DNA of 55,162 bases, the filler included, from Thelocarpon superellum (lineage: Eukaryota), in the NCBI GenBank assembly GCA_026025795.1. It is 2 parts of 2 records of this genome, joined end to end, with 100 filler letters (N's around TTAATTAATTAA, not from the genome) between each part and the next. Parts side by side here need not be neighbours in the genome. Positions count along the whole stretch, not along the records: positions 1 to 27,553 come from JAPEUG010000243.1; 1 more part is not named here. One strand, written 5' to 3'. Below are positions 13,013-25,324 of this stretch, piece by piece (position 1 is the first letter of the stretch; each line of letters opens with the position of its first letter). Under the pieces are notes generated by a model that was not told the origin of the DNA, searched no databases, and worked only from the letters and a program-made list of their open reading frames with translations. Made by a program: the position numbers and the translations under genes.

Positions 13013-14811
13013 TCAGAGGCCCGCCTGCTTCACCACGGCGGCGACCTTGTGCGCCAAATCATCGGCCTCGGACCTCGTGGCCGCCTCGGCATAGACGCGC
13101 ACGGCGTCCTCGGTACCGCTGGCGCGGGCGAAGGAGCGACCGTGCTTGTACTTGCCCACCAGCGCGTCAATCTGTTGCTGCACCCCGGCGGGCGACTCCA
13201 AGCGCCGCTCGGCGTCGACCGCTTTGAATTGACTCCGGTCCGGCACCTCGACGCGCACAAGCCGGTTGGGGAGGTCGGTGTAGGTATTGTCCCACTCCTG
13301 TGGGCCCCAGCTCTTGTGCGCCAGGATGACCTCGACCAGCAGGAGGTCCGAGAGCGAGTCGCCCACCGTTTGGTTGATCAGGTCCGACAGCGCGCGCAGG
13401 CTCTCCACCGCCGCGTGCTGCGCCGGTGACTGCGGCTCGTGCGTCGCGAGCGCGCGCAGGGCCGCGCGAGAGAAGACGACGGTGCCGTGCCCGTTGGCTT
13501 CAAAGTAGACGCCGATGTCGAATTGGGTGGCGGCGTGGTGCAGATACTTGACCCCCGTCGGGGTGCAGACGACCGGCAGGCGGAGCGATTGCGTGACGTA
13601 GGCCGTGCTCGAGCCGTTGGCATACGCCGTCTGCACCACGCCGACCTTCAACTCGGACGCCAGCCCGGCCGACTTGGCCAGCTCACCGATGAACGAGGCC
13701 ACCAGCGTCGCAATCTTGTCCCCGTCCAGCAGGTGGAAGACGCTGTCAGCGTCGAGGAAGTAGAAGACGATCCGGTCGGCGTCCCCGTCCAGCGAGGCAC
13801 AACGCGCCGACGGGCCGGCCTGGGACGAGGGCGGCGAGCGTTGTTGTGTCTTGACGTAGTCGGCGCCGCACTGCGTCTCCTGGTCAATCGCCGGGGCATC
13901 AGCGGCCGGGCACCGAGCTTACCTGGTGATTCAGCCGCTCGGGGTGGAGCACGTCGTCGTTGACCACCTTGATCTCCACCCCCCCGTCGGCCCGCGGCGG
14001 CAGATACTTGATCAGCTCCCGGAGCTTTCCGCCACCCACTCCGTTGGCGCAGTCCACGGTGATCGCCCCGTTCGTCTTGCGACCCTTCATGACCTTGGCA
14101 AACGCGGCGCTGAGCTTCTCGTAGTACCCGACCTCGCTGGGCGTGCCGTACGCCTGGGGTGTGCCTTGCGTGTTGATGCATCGGACAAGATAATGCAGCT
14201 GGGGCGTGGTGAGCAGTCGGAAATCCGTGCACTCGGCCGTCGTGGCGGTCAGGGCGTCGGTCAGCGCCTCTACGAGGGCCGGGCCCGATGCGCGCGTGTC
14301 TCGGGCAAAGATGACACGCGCCGGGGTGTCTGACTTGATCTTGAGCGCCTCTTCCAGCTTCGTGTAGGCCTCCAGCAGGCTTTCGTCCGTCGGCGCATTG
14401 GCTAGTTGCGTCGCATGGCCCTCCCACGACGCCTCGAGCATCTCGCCCATGGGGTCCACCAGCTTGACCCCATTGTCTTCGGGCGGATTATGACTTGCCG
14501 TGATCATGACCCCGATCGTCTGTCCGTTCATCTTTCGTGATCGCAGACTCGCAAGCAGACCAACGCGAAAGACGACCGAGTCCAGAAGATTACTACGCCC
14601 GTGTCAGACCCATGCATCGGCCCCCGGCTTGAGCTCCTGCACATACGCTTTCATGCGAAACTGGGGTGCACGGTCATCAGCATCGTCTTTTCCGTCGGCG
14701 CCGAGCGGCCGGGACTCTCGCACCTACCCCAGCAGTTCCATATTGAAAGGTACGGTCCGCGGGCTTCGGATGCTTGCGTGAGGCAACGAGCACGCGCTCC
14801 GGAGACGACAT
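13013..14811 (-). CDS. AGM1: Phosphoacetylglucosamine mutase
   Basis: N-terminus MSSPERVLVASRKHPKPADRTFQYGTAG, catalytic GVMITASHNP, metal loop SLDGDADR, GVYFEANGHG and RASGTE. Several GT-AG introns. Confidence 0.95.
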
Positions 14812-15030
14812 GATGACCGTGAGGCAGGGGCCGTGAATTGAAGGCACGATCACGGTGGTAGGTCCGGTCGAGTCCAGGCGCAAGCTTCCGGGCGGTGGTG
14901 TGACGGGGGCCGGAAGAGGGGAAATGAAGAGGGAGGGGCAGCTGGTGTATTGCCCCCGCCAGCCCCATTTCCCCATCCATCCCAAGAATGACGATCTTGG
15001 AGGCTGAGTCATCAGTGACGTAAATGGCGG

Positions 15031-15215
15031 TGTGGTGGATCTGGGGGATCACGTGCACTTTTACCTAATTATTTACTAGTCAGTGGTGCTTACTGAGACA
15101 GAACCCTATGCTATAAAAGGGTTGTCTCACAGATAGCTGAATTCACCATCTTCACCCTCCACTGTGATTGGTCCAATTTGCTGAATCCAAGAGGGAACCC
15201 TGCACCTGATCTTCA
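15031..15215 (+). repeat. 5' LTR (185 bp)
   Basis: TGTGGTGGATCTGGGGG...GATCTTCA. Differs from the 3' LTR at 5 positions, all CpG>TpG/CpA. Confidence 0.95.
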
Positions 15216-15232
15216 TGGTGACCTTGGCAGGG
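15216..15232 (+). other. Primer-binding site (TGGTGACCTTGGCAGGG); repeated at 18442-18458
   Basis: Begins with TGG immediately after the LTR's terminal CA, complementary to a tRNA 3'-CCA. The TGGTGACC start resembles tRNA-Trp-type PBSs; tRNA identity is inferred only. Confidence 0.7.
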
Positions 15233-15541
15233 CCCTCACCATTGTCATAAGGATCCAGTGAGTGGGGCTGATCAGGGGAGTGGAGATCCTCCCAACAGGG
15301 TGGGAGTGAGGATCTGACCAGCAAACAGAACAGCTGCAAACAGGCCAGTATCGACAGGCAGAGAGGGCCAGATAGACAAACAGAGAGATTCGAACCTATC
15401 AGCCTATTGATGAGACTGTCGAGTCTCCAGAAAACACCTTGACCTGAATGATTGACAACAGCCCCAGCAGAACTGACACTGAAGGAGTGAGACCAGAGTG
15501 TGACATACACTCGCTGGTTAGGGAAGTGGCGAATTCGACGA

Positions 15542-18249
15542 ATGGTTCTTTCCACCAGCAACAACAACTCCCTAGAGCACAGCAAGAGGTCTAACACTCT
15601 CCCCTCTCGCCACCATGCTTGTCTCTCTCTCTCTCCTACCTGTGTTACCAGCTTGGAGGTAGGAGACCTAGCTAAAGGGTTTGAATCTTTCTCCCTCTCT
15701 GTGGAGGAAAACGAGCACCCAGAGGACAGAACAACAGTCTGCTGCCAGCCTGCTCCCCAGCCAACCCATACATCAACCCTGGCCTCACACTCCCCTAGCC
15801 CAATCAGCAAAGAATCAGCAGGTCCATTGGACCTTTCCCCACAATCCAGTGTGTCGACATCACCCCCTCGACTACCACATACCCAGCTGTTGGCAGCAAC
15901 CCAGTGCACCACCAGCGACATGCAGTTCAAACCATTTCTCAGGCTGCGAAACAGGAAGGAGGACCTGGACAAGTATCTAGAGGACATCGAGTTCGCCTAT
16001 GAAACCTCTCATCAGGGACACACCCCCAAGAATGCCCCAGACATAACCAAGCACCACAACAATACCAGCTGCATCCTCTTTCGCCAGAACTTAAAGGGGG
16101 CTGCTGCTGATTGGTACATTGACCTGAGCAAGGAGGTCAAAAGCAATTAGGTGGATCTGAAGGAGGCTTTTCTGAAGGCCTATAAGGTGGAGAGCAACAA
16201 GGCGGTGGACAAGTACATGCTGCTTCAACAAGTTGCCAACCTCGCCCAAGGGAAGGACAAGTCTATCATCCAATACCTGAGGTGGGCTGAAGAGCTCTAC
16301 CAACAGCTCCCCGATGACACCATTGGCTTCAACATGGTCAAAGGGATGAAGGACCTGCACCAGTGTGAGAGAGTGACTTTTGAATGCACTAAGGAACAAG
16401 ACTACATGTTTGAAAAGGTCTGACGCGTGGTAACAGCAGCGTACCAGACCCTTGCACAGAACAGACCATTTGACTATGGGTTGGTGGGAGAACCTCAACC
16501 AACAGCAGGGGTCAGCGAGAGTGACTGGAATCAACAGATTCTGCCATCCATCCTGCAGGGACTGCAGAACCTCAGCATGCAGAACAAGGCCATATTGGGT
16601 CATTTCCAAGGGGCCAGTTGGCCAGCACCCATGCCAGATCAAGGATGTTTGCTGAACCCCATGGGATGAGCCAATGTCACCTGTTTCACCTGCAATCAGA
16701 AGGGGCATTACAGCAACGAGTGCCTACAGGGAAATCAGCAGCCTCGATACCAAGGGCGATCAGCATCGCAGCCTCCTATGGTGGCTGCTTAGGCTGCCCT
16801 ACAAGGCAGGCAAGCGGCAATGTACACAGAGGCCAAAGCCATCGAAGAGGAGGAAGACCAGTTCAAGGACGACTATCATCCCGCAGCCTGCGTCCTCCCA
16901 ATGACAATGGCCATGGCAGCAGCCCAACCCAAGGGGAAGACTTGCGCTGGAGGACTAGTGACAAGGGGACCTATGCGCATCCAGAAGGATGGCACCACTG
17001 CCCAGACTCAGGCGAGACAAGCAGCCCAATTGTGCCAGTCCCAGCTATCAGTGGCATACTGGCTGGAAGAAAATCCTCACCCAGGACAGGAGGGAGAGGG
17101 GCCAATGGGTGAAGGGCAGGTGGAGGACATGGACAAAGGGGAGGACTTGATCAACACTCTTCGCCCCAAGGTAGTGGAAGGTGGAGTCAAAGGTGAGGAC
17201 TTTGAGGGCCCTCTCCCCAAGAAGAAGATCATCAAGGGGAAAGTGAAGGAGCTGGTGGCACCCTGCTGACTGAAGGCGCCTGACCCAATCCGAGCAGTCC
17301 AAGGGGAAGCCTGGTTCGACCTGTGGCAAATCATGGGGATGGAGGTGACACTCCCATTGGGCCAATTACTCAACGAGTCAACCTATCTCTGTTGTGAAAT
17401 GGCATGGGGGATGCAGACCTCAACCCCTCGCTACTGAGTCAAGAAGGCACCCAAGCCAGTCCCCGAAATAGTGGTGGGAGCCGCAATTCCAGCCTGTTAC
17501 CCAAGTCGGCCATTCCCCCCAGAAGTGACAACCCAGGCATTGTGAGATGATGGAGAGTCGAGGCTGCTGTTCATCACCTCCTGGGTGAATCAGGTGGAGA
17601 TTCCAAGGACCCTGATCGACAGAGGGTCGCTGGTCAAGCTGGTCAGTCAGCGAGTGATGAATCGCCTTCTGAGGGTGAAAGTCCATACAGATGGGCACAT
17701 CAACATCAGCTTGGCAGACGACAAGAATGCCACCTTGACCTGATACACTTGGATCCTAGTAAACGTGGAGGGGGTGGAGGCGGTTGTGAAGGCCTATGTC
17801 CTCCCAGTGACAGCATACAACCTATTACTGGGAATCTGATGGCAGCGCCAAGTACAGATGCAGATCGACCATGGCTGCAGAGCAGTGACATTGGCAGGAA
17901 CTGACAGACAGACCTGGCAGGTGATGTCAAAGCTGGCTCTGTCTGATATCACTGGGCAGCTTCCAGTGGTGGAGATGGAAACAGAGGACGAAGACGCAGA
18001 CACTGAAGATCTTCTCCAGGCCATCATTGACGACAATGAAGATGAGGAAAAAGGGCAGCGCTGGTGAGTGGCCAGGGCTACCATCAGTGCTCAGTCGACC
18101 CTGGACAATCGAGTCAACACACCCCAGACCAGGGAGTGAAGTCACCTCCACTGCTCGACATGTCCAGATTGGTCCAAGATGACGCCATGGCCGAACTGGC
18201 GATTCTCCAGGACCTAGACAAAGAAGAAGTATATCGCTACACCCACACA
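15542..18249 (+). pseudogene. gag-protease copy 1 plus the first ~200 bp of the pol frame (truncated duplicate)
   Basis: Gag-like EDLDKYLEDIEFAY...LKGAAADWY, CCHC knuckle CFTCNQKGHYSNEC (16682-16723) and degenerate protease LIDRGSLV. Many in-frame stops. Offset 3226 bp from copy 2. Confidence 0.9.
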
Positions 18250-18258
18250 CGCAGTCGC

Positions 18259-18441
18259 TGGTGGATCTGGGGGATCACATGCACTTTTACCTAATTATTT
18301 ACTAGTCAGTGGTGCTTACCAAGACAGAACCCTATGCTATAAAAGGGTTGTCTCGCAGATAGCTGAATTCACCATCTTCACCCTCCACTGTGATTGGTCC
18401 AATTTGCTGAATCCAAGAGGGAACCCTGCACCTGATCTTCA
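18259..18441 (+). repeat. Internal third LTR lacking the first TG (183 bp)
   Basis: Matches LTR positions 3-185, is preceded by a 9-nt non-homologous filler (CGCAGTCGC) and is followed by the PBS. Confidence 0.95.
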
Positions 18442-18767
18442 TGGTGACCTTGGCAGGGCCCTCACCATCATCATAAGGATCCAGCGAGTGGGGCTGATCA
18501 GGGGAGTGGAGATCCTCCCAATGGGGCAGGAGTGAGGATCTGACCAGCAAACGGAACAGCTGCAAACAGGCTAGTATCGATGGGCAGAGAGGGCCAGATA
18601 GACGAACAGAGAGATTCGAACCTATCAGCCTATCGATGAGACTGTCGAGTCTCTAGAAAACACCTCGACCTGAACAATTGACAACAGCCCCAGCAGAACT
18701 GACACTGAAGGAGTGAGACTGGAGTGTGATGTACGCTTGCTGGTTAGGGAAGTGGCGAATTCGACGA

Positions 18768-21293
18768 ATGGTTCTTTCCACCAGCAACAACAACTCCCTA
18801 GAGCACAGCAAGAGGTCTAACACTCTCCCCTCTTGCCACTGTGCTTGTCTCTCTCTCTCTCCCACCTGTGTTACCAGCTCGGAGGTAGGAGACCTAGCCA
18901 AAGGGTTTGAATCTTTCTCCCTCTCTGTGGAGGAAAACAAGCACCCAGAGGACAGAACAACAGTCTGCTGCCAGCCCACTCCCCAGCCAACCCATACATC
19001 AACCCTGGCCTCACACTCCCCTGGCCTGATCAGTGAAGAATCGGTGGGTCCATTGGACCTTTCCCCATGATCCAGTGTGTCGACATCACCCCCTTGACTA
19101 CCATGTACCTGGCTGTTGGCAGCAACCCAGTGCACCACCAGCGACATGCAGTTCAAACCATTTCTTGGGCTGCGAAATGGGAAGGAGGACCTGGACGAGT
19201 ATCTAGAGGACATTGAGTTTGCCTATGAAACCTCTCATTGGGGACATGCCCCCAAGAATGCCCTAGACGTAACCGAGCACCACAACAATACCAGCTGCAT
19301 CCTCTTTTGCCAGAACTTAAAGGGGGCTGCTGCTGATTGGTATGTTGACCTGAGCAAGGAGGTCAAAAGCAATTGGGTGGATCTGAAGGAGGCTTTTCTA
19401 AAGGCCTATAAGGTGGAGAGCAACAAGGTGGTGGACAAGTATGTGCTGCTTCAACAAGTTGCCAACCTCGCCCAAGGGAAGGACAAGTCTATTATCCAAT
19501 ACCTGAGGCAGGCTGAAGAGCTCTACTGATGGCTCCCTGATGACACCATTGGCTTCAATGTGGTCAAAGGGATGAAGGACCTGCACCAGTGTGAGAGAGT
19601 GACTTTCGAATGTGCTAAGGAACAAGACTATGTGTTCGAAAAGGTCTGACGTGTGGTAACGGCAGTGTACCAGACCCTTGCACAGAATGGACCATTTGAC
19701 TATGGGTTGGTGGGAGAACCTCAACTGATGGTGGGGGTCAGCGAGAGTGACTGGAATCAACAGATTCTGCCATCCATCCTGCAGGGACTGCGGAACCTCG
19801 GCATGCAGAACGAGGCCATATTGGGTCATTTCCAAGGGGCCAGTCGGCTAGCACCCATGCTAGATCGAGGACGTTTGCTGAACCCTGTGGGACAAGCCAA
19901 TGTCACCTATTTCACCTGCAATCAGAAGGGGCATTACAGCAACGAGTGCTCACAGGGAAATCAGCAGCCTTGATACCAAGGGCGATCAGCATTGCAGCCT
20001 CCTATGGTGGCTGCTTGGGCTGCCCTACAAGGCAGGCAAGCGGCAATGTACGCAGAGGCTGAAGCCATTGAAGAGGAGGAAGACCAGTTTGAGGACGACT
20101 ATCATCCCACAGCCTGCGTCCTCCTAATGACAATGGCCATGGCAGCAGCCCAACCCAAGGGGAAGACTTGTGCTGGAGGACTAGTGACAAGGGGACCTAT
20201 GCGCATCCAGAAGGATGGCACCACTGCCTAGACTCAGGCGAGACGAGTGGCCCAATTGTGCTAGTCCCAGCTATTGGCGGCATACTGGCTGGAAGAAAAT
20301 CCTCACCCAGGACAGGAGGGAGAGGGGCCAATGGGTGAAGGGCAGGTGGAGGACATGGACAAAGGGGAGGACTTGATCAACACTCTTCGCCCTGAGGTAG
20401 TGGAAGGCGGAGTCGAAGGTGAGGACTTCGAGGGCCCTCTCCCCAAGAAGAAGATCATCAAGGGGAAAGTGAAGGAGCTGGTGGCACCCTGCTGACTGAA
20501 GGCGCCTGACCCAATCTGAGTGGTCCAAGGGGAAGCCTGGTTCGACCTGTGGCAAATCATGGGGATGGAGGTGACACTCCTGTTGGGCCAATTACTCAAC
20601 AAGTCAACCTATCTCTGTTGTGAAATGGCATGGGGGATGCAGACCTCAACCCCTCGCTACTGAGTCAAGAAGGCACCCAAGCTGGTCCCTGAAATAGTGG
20701 TGGGAGCTGCAATTCCAGCCTGTTACCTGAGTCGGCCATTCCCCCCAGAAGTGACGACCTAGGCATTGCGAGATGATGGAGAGTCGAGGCTGCTGTTCAT
20801 CACCTCCTGGGTGAATCAGGTGGAGATTCTGAGGACCCTGATTGATGGAGGGTCGCTGGTCGAGCTGGTCAGTCAGTGAGTGATGAATCGCCTTCTGAGG
20901 GTGAAAGTCCATACAGATGGGCACATCAACATCAGCTTGGCAGATGACAAGAATGCCACCTTGACCTGATACACTTGGATCCTAGTAAACGTGGAGGGGG
21001 TGGAGGTGGTTGTGAAGGCCTATGTCCTCCCAGTGACAGCATACAACCTATTACTGGGAATCCGATGGCAGCGCTGAGTACAGATGCAGATCGACCATGG
21101 CTGCAGAGCAGTGACATTGGCAGGAACTGACAGACAGACCTGGCAGGTGATGTTAAAGCTGGCTCTGTCCGATATCACTGGGCAGCTTCCAGTGGTGGAG
21201 ATGGAAATGGAGGACAAAGACGCAGACACTGAAGATCTTCTCCAGGCCATCATCGACGACAATGAAGATGAGGAAAAAGGGCAGCGCTGGTGA
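18768..21293 (+). pseudogene. gag-protease copy 2
   Basis: ORF pieces at 19116, 19653, 19992, 20274 and 21084 share one frame. Aspartic protease motif LIDGGSLVELVS at about 20838. Interrupted by TGA/TAG stops. Confidence 0.9.
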
Positions 21294-24200
21294 GTGGCCA
21301 GGGCTACCATCAGTGCTCAGTCGACCCTGGACGATCGAGTCAACGTGCCCTGGACTAGGGAGTGAAGTCACCTCCACTGCTCGACATGTCCAGATTGGTC
21401 CAAGATGATGCCATGGCCGAACTGGTGATTCTCTGGGACCTAGACAAAGAAGAAGTATATCGCTACACCTACGCAGCAGCAGCCTTAGCTCAGAATCCAG
21501 CTAGCCACCAACCCTTCTCAATGTAGAAGAAAGGGTCATTTCCAACCATCTGCTGGCTGGTGTCATGACCTCTTAGTGGCGAGATCAGCCAAACAATCCA
21601 GGAATGGATCAGTGCATCAGGTGTCACAATTGGTCCCCTAGCAGCTACCCCAGCAGAGCAGGAACGAGCAGGTCGACTGGTGTATACCTACTGAGACCTC
21701 TTTGTGATGTTGGTGAGAGGGATGCAACCCACTGACCTAATCGAGCATTTGATCGACTTGAAGGAGGGGGTGCGACTGGTGATAGGATGAGTTCCCTGGT
21801 ACACCCCCAGAGAACAAGAGTTTGCCAACACCATCTTTCCTGAGATGGAGGAAGCTGGTATCCTGGTTAGGATGAGTAGTGAGTGGGGAGCCAGGACCAA
21901 GTTCCCTCTAAAGAAGAAGGGAAGTGACCAGATGCGAGTGGTCCACAACTTCATCCTGCTCAATGCTTGTACTGTCAAGTCGGAGTACCCCATGCACAGA
22001 CTTGAAGAGGTGCTAGACATCCTCATCAAGCCGAAGTTCACCTGCTACTCGAGCACTGATGTGTTGAACAGATATTGGGCCATCCCCATGAAGGAGGGGG
22101 ATGAGTACAAGGCTGGGATAGTCACACCCCATGGGCAATATTGCTATCGACGGATGGGGCAGGGATTGAAGGGAGCACCCCATACCTACACCCAGTTCAC
22201 TGATCTCGTGTTTGGTCCAATCCCAAGGTCCGACACCTCCCCACAAATGGCCACCATCATTGGGGATCATGGGTCAGCTGTGATGGCACCCTTCATGGAC
22301 GACCACGCCATGGCGGTGACCTCTTTTGACGCTATGTACCATTTCCTTGCTGAGAGCTACTTGCCCAGAGCTGTGTTTGGGCCAGTCTACCTCAACCTGA
22401 GCAAAACCGAGCTCTTCATGGCAGAACTGGAGCTCATCGGCTTCACAGGAGGCCCAGAGGGCCTGCGCCCATCTGTCAAGCACTGGTCCAAGGTCCTGGA
22501 CTGGCCTACTCCTACGAATCGAGGGGAACTAGATGGATTCCTCTGGCTCACCCCTTTCCTCTAGATGTTCATCCTGGGTTGAGCTGACCATGTGATGGCA
22601 CTGAAGGAGGCCTATCTACAAGAGGTGCCTGCTGACCCAGTCCCACCCTGACCAGCCCTGGACATAGAGGACTGTGATTTAGACCCAACCAAACGAGTTC
22701 GGCCCTCTCGACTGAAGAAGGAAACAATACAGCAGAAGTGGGCTGAGACAGGAGAGTGGAAATGGGGGCCCTGGCAAGAGAAGTTGTTTAATCACATCAA
22801 ACAGTCAATCTCAGACAACGCGATGGCTGGAGCTGACCACAACCTCCAATTTCACCTCACTGGAGATGTGAGCAAGTGAGCTGTGGGAGGAGTGCTCTTC
22901 CAACTCCACAGGGAACCAGCAGGTACAGAACTGACAATGTCCAACTTCAAGGTGGTACAGATCATCATGTTCATGTCATACCGCCTATCTGATGCCAAGA
23001 CCTGCTACCCGAATATGGAAAGGGAGTGTTTAAGCATCGTGAGGTGCTTGGCAGAAGTGAGGTGGTTGGTAGTGGGGAACCGATATCTGGTAATGGTCTA
23101 TTCAGACCATAGTGCCCTAACATCTATCTTGACAAAAGGAACTGATGGGCATGGAAGGATAGCGATGTGGCAAAATCGGTTGGGGGAATACAACTTCATT
23201 GTCAAGCACTGACCAGCGAAGGACAACATGATTGGTATTGCAGACAGATTGAGCCGATTACCAGTGGCTCTCTCAATGACCTATCAGCCAGACAATGACA
23301 CCCCTCTGGCAATGCCAGCCCTCGAAATCGAACAGCGACAACCATCGAGCAGAAGGGCGCCAGCCCAACCCACCCAACCAGCAAACCTGCGACAAATCGT
23401 CCAATATCCCCATCTAGAGGACCTGTGGGCCAAGTACTGGCAAAGCAAGCGGTTCCACCACATTATCACATTCCTGCGATTTGGCAGGGAAGCACTTGGG
23501 GATCTTCCTAGGCCAGAGCTACAAGCTGTGATGAGACAAGCCCCTTCCTATTCAATTACAGCGAAGCCTGGCCTCCTCCTCTACCAAGAGGAAAATGGGT
23601 CAGAGGCACTGTGCCTGGTGGGCCACGAAATCGAGCGGATCCTCGAATATGCCCATGACAGACACAGCCACTACAGTGAGTCAATCATGCTGGATAGGCT
23701 GATAGGGGAAGGGTATTGGCCCACTTGCACAAGGGATGTCAAGGTGTGGTGCCGAACCTGCTATGTGTGCTAGGTGAAAGGGCTGAAGCAGTGGAAGGGG
23801 CAGCTGAGGCACATACAAGAGTTCGAACCCATGTGGATGATGGGGATCGACTTCCTCAGACCCATCAACCTGCCCTGCTCTCAGACTGGGAACTGATATG
23901 TCCTAATAGCTGTGGATTACTTCACCTGATTTACATGGGCCAACACATACAACGCCTGCACCATGGTGGCCATGGCAGATCTTCTCCACAACCACATCTC
24001 GCCAGCATTTGGGTGGCCCCAGGCCATCTACAGCGACAACAGTTCACACTTCACAGGAGTGGCAATCAATCAACTGCTTGAGGCTCACAGAATCAGCCAT
24101 TTCACAGCTCTGGTTACCCACCTGTCATCAGTGGGGCTGATCAAGAGAAATGTGCAGCTGGTGATGTCACAACTCAGGAGGGTTGCAATAGACTCTGGCT

Positions 24201-24892
24201 CTGCACAACCCCCCTGGTTGATCTACCTCCCTGAGATCACAGTGGCCATTAACACGCAACTCATGAGGATCCACAGATACAGCCTGGCGCAGTTGCTCTT
24301 GGGATATAACCCTTCTCTGGTACATATACAGGAAAGGACCATTCCCCCAACTGACGACAAGTGGGAAGCGCAACCCAACCACATTTACGCCATGCATACC
24401 CAGATGCGAAAAGAGAACCGCCAACTGGCGACTGAATCCCTGACTGCCCACCAAGCTCGCATCGAAACAGGCCATCCAATCCAGCAGGGGACCCTGACAG
24501 AAGGAGACTTGGTGCTGATCAGAGACACTGTGCTCGACAACCAGAGAGGCCGCAAACTGGATCCGAAATGGCAAGGGCCCAGGCTGTTAACGCAGTTGAC
24601 CAAAGGGGGGCTGAGCGGAGATGTGCGCCCACTCTACAGGGATGGGAAGACCAGGCGATACCACGTGGATGATATGAAGGTGTACCATTCCAGATCCTGA
24701 GGAGCCTTGATGCCTTCTGTCACAGAGATTGAACCACTCGACGAAGGGGTCAGAGTAGATCTGACCAGCCAAAGTCTCACAGCTCTGGCTACAGGTCACA
24801 GTCCAGGGAGGCCGACTGTGACCACGATGAGAGGAGCAATGAAGTGGGCAGGGGTGCCAGGACAAAGAGCGGTCTTCCTCGCAGTTGATTAG
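21272..24892 (+). pseudogene. pol (reverse transcriptase - RNase H - integrase), -1 frame relative to gag-PR
   Basis: RT: MRVVHNFILLN, STDVLNRYWAI, RMGQGLKGAP, PFMDDH. RNase H: GDVSK*AVGGVLFQ, YPNMERECLSIV, YSDHSAL. Integrase: HDRHSH...CRTCYVC, GIDF, YSDNSSHF, and the GPY/F motif PKWQGP. Multiple stops. Confidence 0.92.
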
Positions 24893-25324
24893 GATCAACT
24901 GAGAGGGCTCGATGGTGGCGAAGAGTGGGGAAAGCGGGTGAATATATCGCCACCACTCACCTACGCGTCCCTATCTCGCCCCCCCCCCATCCCTGCAGCC
25001 AAAACTCGACCTCCATCCTACCTCCTCATCACCTACTCGCGATCGCAACGACTCGCTCCAGAGGACCATTTCAACGACCTTTGGCACTGCCAGCGGCTGG
25101 GGGACATCGCTCATCATCCTCTACTATCCCTGTTTTCTCACACTGTTGCACTCGCAAGTCTAGCTGAACTATTGGCTCATTAGCTTCGACCCCCTCACTT
25201 CAGTTCCTAGGGAAGAAGTCCTACGAGCTCCACTCCCTTCAGCGAGTCCGCCCCCCCCCCCGAGCCCTCATCAGAGACCGTCCTCTCACAAACCCCTCAC
25301 TTCTGATTGGCGCATCTGCGAAGA

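Noticed and set aside
15127..15987. 286-aa minus-strand ORF (and its copy at 18653-19213) antisense to the LTR/gag leader
   Set aside because: No recognisable motif and broken differently in the two copies; best explained as the antisense shadow of gag.
24938..25183. 81-aa ORF between pol and ORF3
   Set aside because: GTG start, low complexity, and no splice phase found that joins it to ORF3.
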